In this document: positions 27,404 through 39,772 of the stretch, piece by piece
Numbering within the stretch: the first letter of the stretch is position 1
Layout: each line of letters starts with the position of its first letter
From: Lama glama
Lineage: Eukaryota
Length of the DNA: 64,000 nt
NCBI GenBank assembly: GCA_028534125.1
Contig: CM052817.1
Coordinates: 53,322,001-53,386,000 of the forward strand
Reading direction: 5' to 3'
Made by a program: the position numbers and the translations under genes
The notes under the pieces: model-generated
Database searches by the model: none
Seen by the model: the letters and a program-made list of their open reading frames with translations, nothing else
What the model was told of the DNA's origin: nothing

Positions 27404-28714
27404 ATTTTGATTTCTTGAATATGTATAAGCACATTTGACTGTCCTTTATGATTGGATTACCACATTCTGTCAATTCTTATTTTGTAGTTGGCTTTATTCC
27501 TTTGATAACTATGTAAGTTTAAAAAGCTAAAGATCTGAACTGTTCTTAGAAACAATTAGTACATACATTAAAACTAAAAAAAATGTGCAGTATGCTGTAT
27601 ATATGTATTTACATGCAATATAATGTGTATGTGCAGTCGAACTGTAATAATTCTACATAACAAAACTGAAAAAGGGGGTGGGGAGTATATCCTCTCCACA
27701 AGCCCCAGAAATGCAGGTATACACCCTCAACATTCTCCTTCCTGCCTTTCCAAATCTTTAGAGCCAACAATAATGAAACACTTTCATGTATGTGTTATAC
27801 CTTACTCACGTTCAGGAAGGACGATAAGTAGTCTTAAGAACCAGTATTATACAGTCAGTGTTAGTTAGCTAATAAGCCAGTTGTTACTTAAGTGTAATAT
27901 GGAAAGGTGGTTTTAAAAAATAGAAGATAAAGTTCATAAACTCAGAAGTAAGATGAATTGACTGTTTAGTCATGTTATTGACTTGTAATAGAAGATTTAA
28001 CAGCATTCTAGGCAAGGGAAGTTGCTTGCCATTTAACGTAGGGCAAGTTTTTATACCTTTAATGCCAACTGAAGAGAACGTTACAAGCGTGGTTTGTCTT
28101 TGTTTTTAACAAGTTTTGCAGTAAAATATTACAAATTATTGTACATTTCTAGTATACGACTGGCAGAAGATTGTAGGTGCTTAGTTAACGTGAAATGAAT
28201 GCATTAAAAGTCTCAGCTGGGGTACCCCTACCCACCCAAAATCCAGGTAAAACTGACTTACTCCACAAACGACTGACCAGCCTGGGTAACTGATTTATAT
28301 ATATCACCAATTCTGTTTATTTTTACCCAGAGGAGACTTAAGAATTATAATCATGACTTTCTCATTTCCTGTTTGAATAGTATGTTTTATATCAACTATG
28401 TCTGTCCTTGGAGTTAGAACAATAACTTTATTGCTATTTGAAGTAACCAGTTTTTACCCACCGAAGTAGAATTACTTTTTTATGTGACTTAAATTATAAA
28501 AATTAAGTAATGTCAAATAGAGTAAAACTGTTCATTTTTTGATGAAAGTATCTTTATATAATCATAAGTCATATAGATATCCTTTCCCCATTTCATGCCC
28601 TATCCTCAATAACCACTTGGCCCCTAACTTTTTGCCATCATTATTCTTTCCTGAGCTTAAAAACTATTTCCAACCAACTTTTATTCTTGAACATATCCAT
28701 TTCTCTAGGGCTTT

Positions 28715-29225
28715 ATAGGGTCTGAGATATTACTCTATTTGCAAGCTCACAAGTTAGCCTGCCACAATTTCATGAATGGTGGCAGAAGACATGAGATTTC
28801 TGGGTCAGAGACAAAGTATTTTATTACTCACAACACAGCAGACAGCGCTGGCTTCATATCTACATCAGTTCCTCTTGCCTGTCAAGTCCATGTGGCAACA
28901 TGAAACAGCCAATGGGGATGCTGCATGCAAAATAAGTTTATGCCACAGATGTGGTACCTCAGACTTAGGGAACCCTGATATTTTATAACGTAATGGGTTG
29001 CAAGGAAACATGCCTAACCTTCTCCTCAGAGGGAGATATTACCTCCATTATCCGGCACAGTAAACAAACGTACTGTCTGCTCTAAAGGAAGACACTACCT
29101 TTATCTTCTAAGTTTATGGCTACCCTAACATACTTGAAAAGGTCATCTGGGGATAAAAGCTGGCAATGTCTCTGCTCACGAGACATGCAGAAATTTGAGT
29201 GACCCAGAGAACTGTCTCCCCAAAT
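28715..29225 (-). mobile_element. ERV1-class solo LTR (MER89/MER90/MER110 group), antisense
   Basis: agggtctgagatattactctatttgcaagctcacaagttagcctgccacaatttcatgaatggtggcagaagacatgaga...gggtcagagacaaagtattttattactcac. Confidence 0.75.
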
Positions 29226-29773
29226 AGTTTACCCCACTTGTTACCCTTTGTTTTTTACTTTATGTTTATGAATTTAAAAAAAAATTAGTAGCTACCTGAC
29301 CAACTAACACATATGTATACACACCCACACGTTGCACACAAAAATCTTTTTTTTAAATAATGTTTAACCAATATTTAGGGTCACTGTAAAATTTTAGTAG
29401 GATAGTACATAAGAATATGCTTTGTGAAGTGCAATTTATACACATCATTTTTCTTCTCTCTGTCAACTTATCTATTTAGATCTTCTCTTCCAAATTTTCT
29501 TTCCATGTTGGTATTTGTTAATAAAGTTTATTCTTTCCCTCAGAAAAAAAAATTTCTATAATTGAAGAGAAGGGTTCTATATTAGCAGAATGGCTTCTGA
29601 GATTTGGATTTAACTATAAAAATATATAGAATATGTGATACTAAAATATTCTATGATTGTAATTAAATATTTTCATTATTCTAAATATTTCATTTATGGA
29701 AAGTATTAGTAGTAAATAATCATTCTAAAAATTTTCTTTATTTAAAATAAGGTGTGACCTGCATTTAGTCAGG

Positions 29774-30050
29774 ATAGCACTATCTGAGAGTAGTATAACG
29801 TGAGCCACATAAGTCATTTTAAGTTTCACTATGTTAAAAAGGCAAAAGGAAAAAAGTGAAAAATTTTACATTTTCTCATACTAAGTCCTCAATATCCAAT
29901 ATGTATTTTATACTTCCAGCACATCACAATTCAGATAATATTGTTATTGGATATAGTTCAACTATATTTAATTTCATTTTTTCATTTTATTTTTCATTCC
30001 AAGTTCTCAATAGCCACATGTGGCTATTTGTTATTATATTAGACAACATA
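29774..30050. mobile_element. hAT-Charlie MITE (MER33/MER3-like)
   Basis: gtgagccacataagtcattttaagtttc...tatacttccagcacatcacaattcaga...caagttctcaatagccacatgtggcta...tagacaacatag. Confidence 0.75.
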
Positions 30051-30370
30051 GAGTTAAAAGCTACTGAACAAAAGGCAGAATTTGTGTTATTTCTCAGGTC
30101 CACTTGGTAGATTCCTTCAAACGGCCTCTGTTTTTAAAAGTGCCTCGGGTACATGAATTACTTTTTCAGGCCTAGAGAATTCATTTCAAAGAGACAGAGG
30201 GTAAAATATTTGCTAAACAGTGTTGCTGAGCATCAGTAAATGGAGTACAATAGCAACAGGAGTGAACGGAAAACATATCCTGCCTCTGGGAATGGAAAAA
30301 AAAATGTATCAGGAATAACAAAAGCTACAGTGCAACTTGAGGAATACGGCTGACACATATCAAGAGTGAA

Positions 30371-31222
30371 GGGTCATATGGTAAGTCTATTTTTAGTCTT
30401 TTGAGGAATCTCCATACTGTTTTCCATAATGGCTGCACCAAACTACACACCCATCAGCAGAGTAGAGGGGTTCCCTTTTCTCCACATACTCTCCAGCATT
30501 TATCATTTGTGGACTTTTTAATGATGGTCATTCTGACCAGCAATCCCTCTCCTGGGCATGTATCTGGAGTAACTCTAATTCAAGAAGTTACATGCACCCT
30601 AATGTTCATAGCACAGTATTTACAATAGACAAGACATGGAAACAACTTAAATGTCCATCGACAGATGACTGGATAAAGAAGTTGTGGTATATTTATACAA
30701 TGGAATACTACTCAGTCATAAAAAAGAAATAAAATAATGTTGTTTGCAGCAACATGGATGGAACTGGAGATTGTCATTCTAGGTGAAGAAAGACAGAAAG
30801 AGAAAGAAAAATACCATATGATATCACTCACATGTGGAAGCAAAAAAAAGAAAAGAAAAAAGAGGACACTAACAGACTCATCTACAAAACAGAAACAGAC
30901 TCTCAGACATAGTAAACAATCTTATGGTTACCAAGGGAAAGTGGGTGGGAAAGGCTAAATTTGGGAGTTTGAGATTTGGAAATGTTAACCACTATATACA
31001 AAAACAGATAAATACCAAATTTCTTCTGTATAGCACAGGGAACTATATTCAATATCTTATAATAACCTTTAATGAAAAAGAATATGAAAACAAATATATA
31101 TATATATATATATGAATGAATGAGATGTTATGCTGTACATTGGAAACTGACACATTGTAACTGACTATATGTCAATAAAATAAGTAAAAAAGTAAATAAA
31201 ATAAAACATTGAGGACCCCTAT
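30371..31222 (+). mobile_element. Lineage-specific L1 3' insertion with 5' inversion (30371-~30537 antisense; ~30537-31206 sense)
   Basis: Antisense L1 segment joined to a sense 3' UTR and A-rich tail; TSD aagagtgaaggg (30362-30373) / aaaagtgaaggg (~31224-31235). Confidence 0.92.
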
Positions 31223-31270
31223 AAAAAGTGAAGGGAAGGGACTTAAACAAGATAGTAAGAGACAATTAGA

Positions 31271-31403
31271 AGGGATGGAGAGCATATAGCTCAAGTAGTA
31301 GAGCACATGCTTAGTGTGCACAGGGTCCTGGGTTCAATCCCTAGTACCTCCTCTAAAAATAAGTAAATAAAGCTAATTACCTTCCCCTCACAAGAAAAAT
31401 AAT
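31271..31403 (+). mobile_element. tRNA-derived SINE of camelid type
   Basis: A box (tagctcaagtagt) and B box (ggttcaatccc) in gagcatatagctcaagtagtagagcacatgcttagtgtgcacagggtcctgggttcaatccctagtacctcc; TSD acaattaga at 31262-31270 and 31404-31412. Confidence 0.88.
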
Positions 31404-33639
31404 ACAATTAGATACTTATGATATGAGATAGACGGTTGAAATAAAGTTGAATTATTGTGAGAAAGAAATATAAGAATACAAGCATTAAGGATGTTGTAAA
31501 AGGAATAAATGTAATTTGAATTTGCTAACATCTCAGTTCACTCCCCAATCCACCCTTACTCCTTCAAAAAAATGAATCAAAGTTAATTGGGTAAGACCAA
31601 AACTCTAAAATGAATACAATTATAACCTTAATATTTTATTAGCTTGTAAGTTGACTACTACAATAGTTAATGTTAACATTGTAGTAATTGCAATGCTGTT
31701 ACAATATTGTGTTAATATTTTACAGCAACTAATGAGCTTAAGTAGATTTTAATTGAATTTTGAAATGTCTCGTTAATCTCTCATGATGTGTTATGCATCA
31801 AATATCTAGATAAATTCCTAAGGAAAGATATTTTAAATAAAATCAACATGAACCAAATGTTTAAAATGTTAAAATGCAATCTAAGACTTACCACTCAACA
31901 TAATCCTATCTTTTAAAATTTCCCTATTTACTGACTTATTTGGTTTATATCCCAAATTCTTCTATTTCCTAGAAATGCAAAGAATGTTAAAATTACATAT
32001 TGCATAGAGATAATTTAGTGGAGACTCAGTACAAGTAGATTGACTCTTGATTTAGCCAATTGTTTAAGAAAGAATATTTTATTTCTTTTTCAAGATATTA
32101 AGATGCTGAAAGTGAAAGCAAAAGTACAATTTGAAATGCAAAACTGAAGTTACTCTTTAAGTGAGTACCAAGAAGTGTAAACCCTACAATATGAATATTT
32201 AAAATATACATCAAGCAGATTTATCAAAACCCTTGGGAAATACAAACTTCAACCTAATGAGAGAACACTTGCAAAAGACAAAGTATATGATTTGGAATCC
32301 TTCAAAAAGAAAACAGATGCAGGGAAATTAGTGCTGTATCTTCATGGCTCCCATGATGCTCCTTAGAAGCTGCTGAATGGCACCATGGATCTGTCAATAC
32401 CTGTTAATGTCATTATGCATGAACCTCTATTGAAACCCATGTAAATTGGTAACACTACTGAATATAATTTTATATTTTTCTTCTTTTGTTTTTCTGGGCA
32501 TTTGGATCTTTGTTATTTGATTTTTCTTTTCAAAAAAGTATTTTTTATGCTGCCAGAGCTACTGTGGAATAACTTTAAAACATGATTGTAAAAATCTCTC
32601 ATTGTGTACCCGTGCTCTTTCTTATTGTCCTCAAATTCAGGTTTTGTGTTTAAGAGACAATGATATCAGCTAAACAGTCTCAAAGCCATGTCTTTGTGAC
32701 ATTATCTTGCGATGTAACCAAAGGAGAAACACAACATGTTTTGTTGTAGCCTTTTCGCCATGTAACTGTGGATCAGATATTTTTCCCCAAGACAGTTCAT
32801 TAAAAAGGCCTCAAAGGCTGTTTCCTCTCCTTGTGATGGATGTTGTGCTCATGTAAAGTGGGAAATAACTGCTATTAGTTTTTGTTATGTCTTCTGGAGT
32901 TTCCTCTGCTTCATAGACTGTACTGATTCTGGAGGCCCCTCAGTCAGTCAGGCCCCTCAGGTGTGCCATATTTAATTGGGCTACTTGGAGGCATCGTTAA
33001 TTAAATAATACACATTGCCATAAGTTACAGCATTTTTCCCCTCTGATTGTATTTGCATATGCCACACTCAAGAAAGACTGTGAAACACAGCAAAATAACA
33101 ATGGCTTGTTATAAAATAACCTTGTTAAGTCACAGGGCTACTAATAAACTCAATCATGTTCCATGTTATTGAGCTTCTAATGCTTACTGCATCGTGCTAA
33201 TTTAGGGGGGCTCTTCCCATAACTATTCCTTTATCTTCTTTGCTGTTTTCAATGGCTAACATACAAAGAACTCCTATTCTTGTTATCTCAGAAATATGTG
33301 TTGTTAATCAAAGGAGTCACTGAATAAGCGAAGGCAGACAGATAAATCATTTATCTTACTCAGGAGAAAAAAATTTAAACATAAAACAAATAAATAATTT
33401 AAAAATTAAGCTAACCCAAACCCAAAGTCAATTAATTCATCTTTTATGCGAAGAAGAATTTTTCTATGATGTCTACCATTATTATGCTGTATTTAACATC
33501 ATTTACTAGAAAAACAAAACTTGCCGTGGCAGATGAACAAAATATCTTGTCCTCCAACTTCTCTCTCAACTTAAAAAATATTTTATTTTTTCCTTGAAAT
33601 ATAATAATAAATTTATTTAAATAACAGTATTTCATATAC

Positions 33640-33800
33640 ATATTTATTGTGCAGATTACTACATGACAATCATTAGGATAGGTAATGTACGGTACACACG
33701 TTGTCTGTAATCTTTACCAAAGACTTAAGATTTCAATTCCACTTCAGATAAAGAAAATGAAGCTTAAAGAGGTTTAGTGGCTGGCTAGAAGGTTTCAAAG
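33640..33800 (-). mobile_element. Decayed MIR
   Basis: ttcagataaagaaaatgaagcttaaagaggtttagtggctggc is an antisense MIR core. Confidence 0.5.
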
Positions 33801-34816
33801 CAGCTGTAGGGACACTAAAGACACTTGAAATTTAGAGTATCAATTGCTGAACAATATGATTAAAAGCACAAGCAACAATTGAAGAGTAATTGCCTATAAA
33901 AGAGAAATAAGAAATATATATATTTCATCAAACAGGAATACCTATTAATGTGCCAACACAAATTAATAGACTTTATTTTCTAAAATTCTCCACCTGATGA
34001 AGAGAAAAACACTGAGAATTTCAAATTATTGTAATTAGTTTAACTATAGTTTAAATATAAAAAAGACATTTTCTAAGTGCTACTTTAAAATTACTTTCTC
34101 ATTTTTGACTTGTCTCACCAGCTTTTTTATTTCATTTAGTAATCACCAGTCAATTCATAACATTCTTAGGCAAGTATATCTTTAAAATTTTTCCAAGTAA
34201 AATAAGAGCTAAGAGTGGTAACCAATAATTGGATTCATAAGAATGCATAATGTAATTAGCATATTACCCTTGATATTTAGAAAACCAATAACCCTGCACT
34301 GCTTTGTGCACTTGTTTCTGATTTGGAGTCTATTCACTCTTAATTTTTCACAATATAATTTTATTATGAGCATCAGTTAGAGTAATTTGGACAAATGGAC
34401 ACTGAGAGCACTTGCTGGAGGGAAATAAATATTGTGGTGGAATTACAATAGAATTCATTGCTGCTTTTCTGTATAAGACAACTTATTATTCCTAAAGATG
34501 AATTCAGAATTACCTAGATATCAGGAAGATATTTAATGAGACTGAAGAAACTCGTGAAGATGAACATACTTTGACCATATTAGCATTTCTGTTATTTATC
34601 CTCCTTCTCATTTGTGTCTCTTTCTTGTGCCCTCCCTGGAGAGCCCGGCTTATCGTTGTCACTGGGTCTTGACCTTCTGCTCAACTTACTGTTGAGTCAT
34701 CCAGACACACCCCGGACCCAACAGCCATCTTAGTACATATAGGGAAGTTGGGGGTTGTTCTGCACTTGGGTTGAGATGAGGAATTACCCTACCAAAACAT
34801 TTAAATTATGTTTTAC

Positions 34817-34856
34817 TTCCTAATATTTTACTTTTTTTCCTAATATTTTACTTTTT
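34817..34856. repeat. Perfect 20-bp tandem duplication
   Basis: ttcctaatattttacttttt x2. Confidence 0.9.
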
Positions 34857-37800
34857 ATTCTAACACTTCACTAAAAAAAGTAAAAAGCCCAGCTTTATTT
34901 ATCAAATTAAGCAAGCATTTTGAACTTGTGTATTAAAGAGGCTATTAATCCAAGAAACAAAAAAGGTAAGAGCCATAAACTGTTAAGCAAAAGACATCTT
35001 TACTCTCCTCTCAAAGATTTCCCTCACATGAGAAATTAACCCAATAATTCAGTTAGGTTTGCACTAAAACAATCCAGCATTACAATGACCTTTGTTATCA
35101 CTGTTATTTTGTGACATTTAAAATACTTTATAAGACAACACAGCAATTTGACATCACAGAGAATGCAGATGTACTTTATAAACTAGGAATTAATACTATT
35201 TTTTTCTCTTAATGAGAAAGAAACCTAAACATCCAAAAGATTTTTAAATTAACACTTGAGTCATGTCTTTGGATTTAAAAGAGAATGTAAAGCCTAAATA
35301 ATCATACTTATTCAATGTAAAGCCTCCATTCAATGCCAAGGGGGAAAAAAACTCGGTCAACCTACATAAAGCCATGTATCATCCATTTTTAAATAACACT
35401 CGATGCTTGCGTTTTTAGTTACAGTTGGCAGGTGATAATGGTCAAATAACTGGTAAAATCTGGATCCAGTTCCTTTCTCAGAAATTCTGGTTTTCTCCAT
35501 TTTTTGACCATTAGACTTGACCATTTCTCCCATCCTGGCCTCTTCCCAGTATTCAAAACTGAGAAAAGAAAACAAATGCAGAAAAGAAACATTCTTCTTG
35601 TTTCCTTTACAAGTCCATCTCATGTTTTGTTTATTATTAGCCATATGTCATAATCACAGATCCAAAATTCTAACCCCTCAATATGATGCTTCTTTATAAC
35701 ATTATCTCTGCAGATCTTTGTAAGATTATAATGAAAAAGGAACAAGAGACTGTCCTGGAGAATACTCTGAGGGAAAGGGAATAATAATAAGTTTCTGATC
35801 ATGAAAGCTGAATGAGCAAAGAAAAGCATTTGCTTATTAATCGGAGTTCAAATATGAATAGTTCATTTTACTCTTACCAATTTGTGGATGAATTTAACAT
35901 TTGTTTGTATTTTTTTTTTACTTTATGCAATTATACAGCCAGATGATTTCATAGATTTTAAATAAGTGGTTCTTAGTTTCTTGCCTATATTTTCTCATTG
36001 ACAAAATGAAACTAACCTAATGGTCAAATCACTATCAGGGACAAAAACAGAATGAGAACACAAGAGTTTTTATATACAAAGCATCTCTTCAACATTTAAA
36101 TATTATAACATAACTTGTTACCTTTCTTTTATTTAGACCTTTCTAGTAAAAAAATCTAAGACAATGAAGATTTACTTTGGTAAGTTTATAAATTGGAGCT
36201 ATCATAACAAGCAGCACACTTGGAGACAAATAAGCCTCACTTAAAATAAATATTCCAATGAGTATATTATGTTTATAAAAACTAGTACTAGTTGTTTATG
36301 GTTAAGAGACTAGCTTTCATTCAGTTTGAATCTCCTGCTAGAAGTTTTAAGTGGCCCGGTCTTTAGTGAGATGCAACTTTTCCTTCCTTTAGAATTTTTA
36401 TAAATAAATCTCAATCTTTACTCAGGCTTTGCTTAAAGTACGATTTTGTTCATCCCAGAGTTGACTGCATAATGAGGCAATTTCTCTCTAATCAGTGTCG
36501 GGGCATTCTCTTTGTTTTCTGTCTGCTCTCTCAGCATTTTGGGTCTGCTTGGATGAAGGGAGAGTTTCTTAAGCCCTTTTAGAGGAAAAAGTCATTCCCA
36601 CATTGAAGTGAAAATGGAAAATGAAAATCATCCATTTCTGAAACACAGGTGTCTGTGTTTTTTGGGATGATGTGAACAGGACACAAAGAACTAACCAGAG
36701 GAGAAAGACTTCATACTCATGTTGAAACATTTCAGAGTAAAGGATCAAAAGAGAAATAAAACCAAAACGGAAATCAAATTATGTATAAAGTTTATCTTCA
36801 GAACAGTTCTTCACTTTTTGAATGTGAATATTCATATATATTCTCCTCTAAAGTTAACACTACTAGTCAAGTTTTGCATATTCAACTCTGATTCAAATAA
36901 CTGATTCTGGAAATAACAATATTTGGCAACCATAAATTAAGGAATTTAAAACCATTTTTATTTCTAAAAACTGTCACTTAATTCTGTATTTTGCATACCT
37001 GATTTGGAATTAATAACTGAGTGACTTATAAACCTACCCCATCGTATTACACAAAGTATTTGTGATTTTCAAACTGCCATATTATTTTTTGTGTGCATAA
37101 ATAAGCTGCCAAGATTCTTAGAACTTTCTAGTCTCTCTCATACAACCCTTGTAACTATTGAATAACTTTGAAATCTTACCTTAATGTCATTATTTTCTGA
37201 AAGCCTTTGCTCTTGTAAACCCAACTCATTCCTAAGTTTTTTTTTTAATGTGTTCACACAAATACACGCGTACTTTCATTATTGTTATGATGCAGTGATG
37301 TCATTAGTTACTAGATGATCACTCCTATCAGGTATTGAGCAACAAGATGACACATGCTGCCCCTTTTAATTCTTCATGACCACTGTTTATCACAGTGCCT
37401 ACCACAAAATTCACACTATTTTTGAATAAATGAACTGTTATAATGTAACCTAACAGAATTGTAGGAATTCTCAATTGTAGGAAAAAGCACTTCAGTTGGC
37501 TTGTAAGACTGATTTCTCCCAGGTATTTTAAGGGCTGCAAACAACAGAACGGCTCAGTTAAAAGTTTTTAAGCATCTCTGGCTTTCTATTTGGTCATAAG
37601 TAAAGCTTGCAAGTAATACTAAAAAATCTCTTCAATTTTAATTAAAATTTTTTTTATTTGGTTTAATTTTTTTCTGCCTTATTAAGACGACCACCACCTC
37701 CAATCAAGCCTGTTGTTTATTTTTTGGTGGTTCTGCCTATTTTTCCTCTACTATTGAATACTTAAGTTTTCATTCTTTATTACTGCTGTTGTCTATAGTT

Positions 37801-38689
37801 TTGTTTTGTTTTTTAATTTGAGGCTGCTGAGTTCTTACTCAGAGCGTTCTTTGATAATTGATACCATCTTCTCAGCTTGAAAACTAGGACACATACCTAA
37901 TATTTTATATCTCTATGCTTTGGAGAAAAAGTTACCGCCTCTCCATAATCCAACTTGATTTGGTGTTTCTACGGGGGTGTTTATTTAAGGGCTGTAACAC
38001 ATGAAGCTGCAGTGTAAAATAGCACATTAACATTTAGCACCAGGTTGGTTTTTCAAACAAGCAGTGATACAATTTTAAGAGTTCCCCAAAGTATTTTAAA
38101 GACTGAGAAAACATTTGTGTCATGACAAAGCCATAGTTTAAAGCTATGAGCTTTCCACCCTACTAAGAAAAGCATGCAAAACAACCCACAGAGGATAGGG
38201 TAGAACAAAAATAGGTGGATCTGTAATTACCAGGAGCATTAGGTTCAGCATACAAAATAGGATCCCTCCTATATGTATGAATTTTTAATGGTAAAACATG
38301 TTTTCTTTAATAGTTGGCCACTAATAGTCAGCTTTTTCTAAATTTACTAAGCTTTCCTTAGAAATCTTGACTCTGGAAATATTCTTTGCTTATGAGAGAA
38401 GTAAACTTAAGTCATGGTCACTCTGGACTTATTTTTGCAGTTCAAGCCAGATCTGCTTTTATGAATAGTTTTTATTTCTGTTTCAGATAAATGTTTTTGC
38501 CTCACCAAAGACTGAATCCAAATTTAACTGTTCTGATAGAATTTTTCTACTACAATCACCATATGTTGCTCACATCTTTTATTTGTACCCGTAATAGCCA
38601 CTAGAGACTAAACTAATTCACCCTAAACACTCCAACGAGAGTGTTCTTCATAAAATGCAATTCTGATAATGTCAAAAGACATTGCTGTA

Positions 38690-38905
38690 TAGGTTATTAA
38701 GATTGGGAGTTCAGATCTTGGTGCTCCCACTAATTACCAATATGTTTAAACCACCCAGGATTCAATTCCCTCCTCTGTGAACTGGGAATAATAATAATGT
38801 ATCCTACTCCATAGGACTATTGAGGGAATTAAGGTTTGGTTCACATAAGACACTTAGATCAGATCTTGGCAATTTTCAAGCACTCGCAACATATTAGGTA
38901 TGAGT
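38690..38905 (+). mobile_element. MIR SINE
   Basis: ttcaattccctcctctgtgaactgggaataataataatgtatcctactccataggactattgagggaattaa. Confidence 0.75.
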
Positions 38906-39063
38906 GTTAGCACCATGTTTTTAAAATCTGCAATTGTTCCCCAGTGAATACAGAAGTAAATTGGGGATCTCTGCATGGAATCTCCACAAATTGGTTGTAA
39001 CCTACTTTTCAAATGTATCTCAAAATACAGATGTCACCCTTTTTACTCCAATACCAGTCTGTA

Positions 39064-39772
39064 TTTTATACAGCTTTATTGAGATAGAATTCACATATCA
39101 TAAAATTAACCCTTTTGAAGTATACAATGCAATGGTTTTTACTATGTTCACAAATTTGTGCAACCATCAAAATGATCTGATTTTAGAACATTTCATCATC
39201 CTGCAAGGAACCATCAAACTCTTTGGCAGTCATTCCACTTCCCATTTACTCGCTACCACCCCCTCCTCACTCCTTAGCAACTACTAGGCTACTGTCTGTC
39301 TCTCTAGATTTGCCCTTCTTCACATTTTTATGTAAACGGAATCATACAAGATATGGTCTTCTGTGTCTGACTTCTTTCACTTAGCATAATACTTACAAAG
39401 TTCATCCATGTTGTAGCATGTGTGAATAAGAGATGCATTTTAATAACCAAATAATATTCTGTCCATTCAACTGTTCATGAACATGTGGGTTACTTCCAGT
39501 TCTTAACTATTGTGAATAATGTTGCCATAATTGTGTGGATGTTTGTTTTCATATTCTTTGTGGTATATACCTACGCTAGAATTGCACAGCATGGTAATTC
39601 CGTGTTTAACATTTTGAGGCATTCCTAAACCGTTTTCCAGTGTGGCTTTACCACTTTTTGACCCCACTGGCTATTGTGTGAGGGTTCCAATTTCTCTGCG
39701 TACTCACCAGCACTAATTATTGTCTATCCTTTTTTATTTTAGCCATTCTCATGGATATGAATTGGTATTATA
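39064..39772 (-). mobile_element. L1MB-type 3' end, antisense
   Basis: cagctttattgagatagaattcacatatcataaaattaaccc...tggtcttctgtgtctgacttctttcacttagcataat...ttcatccatgttgtagcatg. Confidence 0.9.

Noticed and set aside
31271..31352. tRNA gene
   Set aside because: The tRNA-like head has a SINE tail and TSD, and the A box is degenerate; it is a SINE.
35357..35644. 95-aa minus-strand single-exon ORF
   Set aside because: Its N-terminal part runs through a polypyrimidine tract and acceptor, and it has no recognisable homology; the region is better treated as a possible spliced exon.
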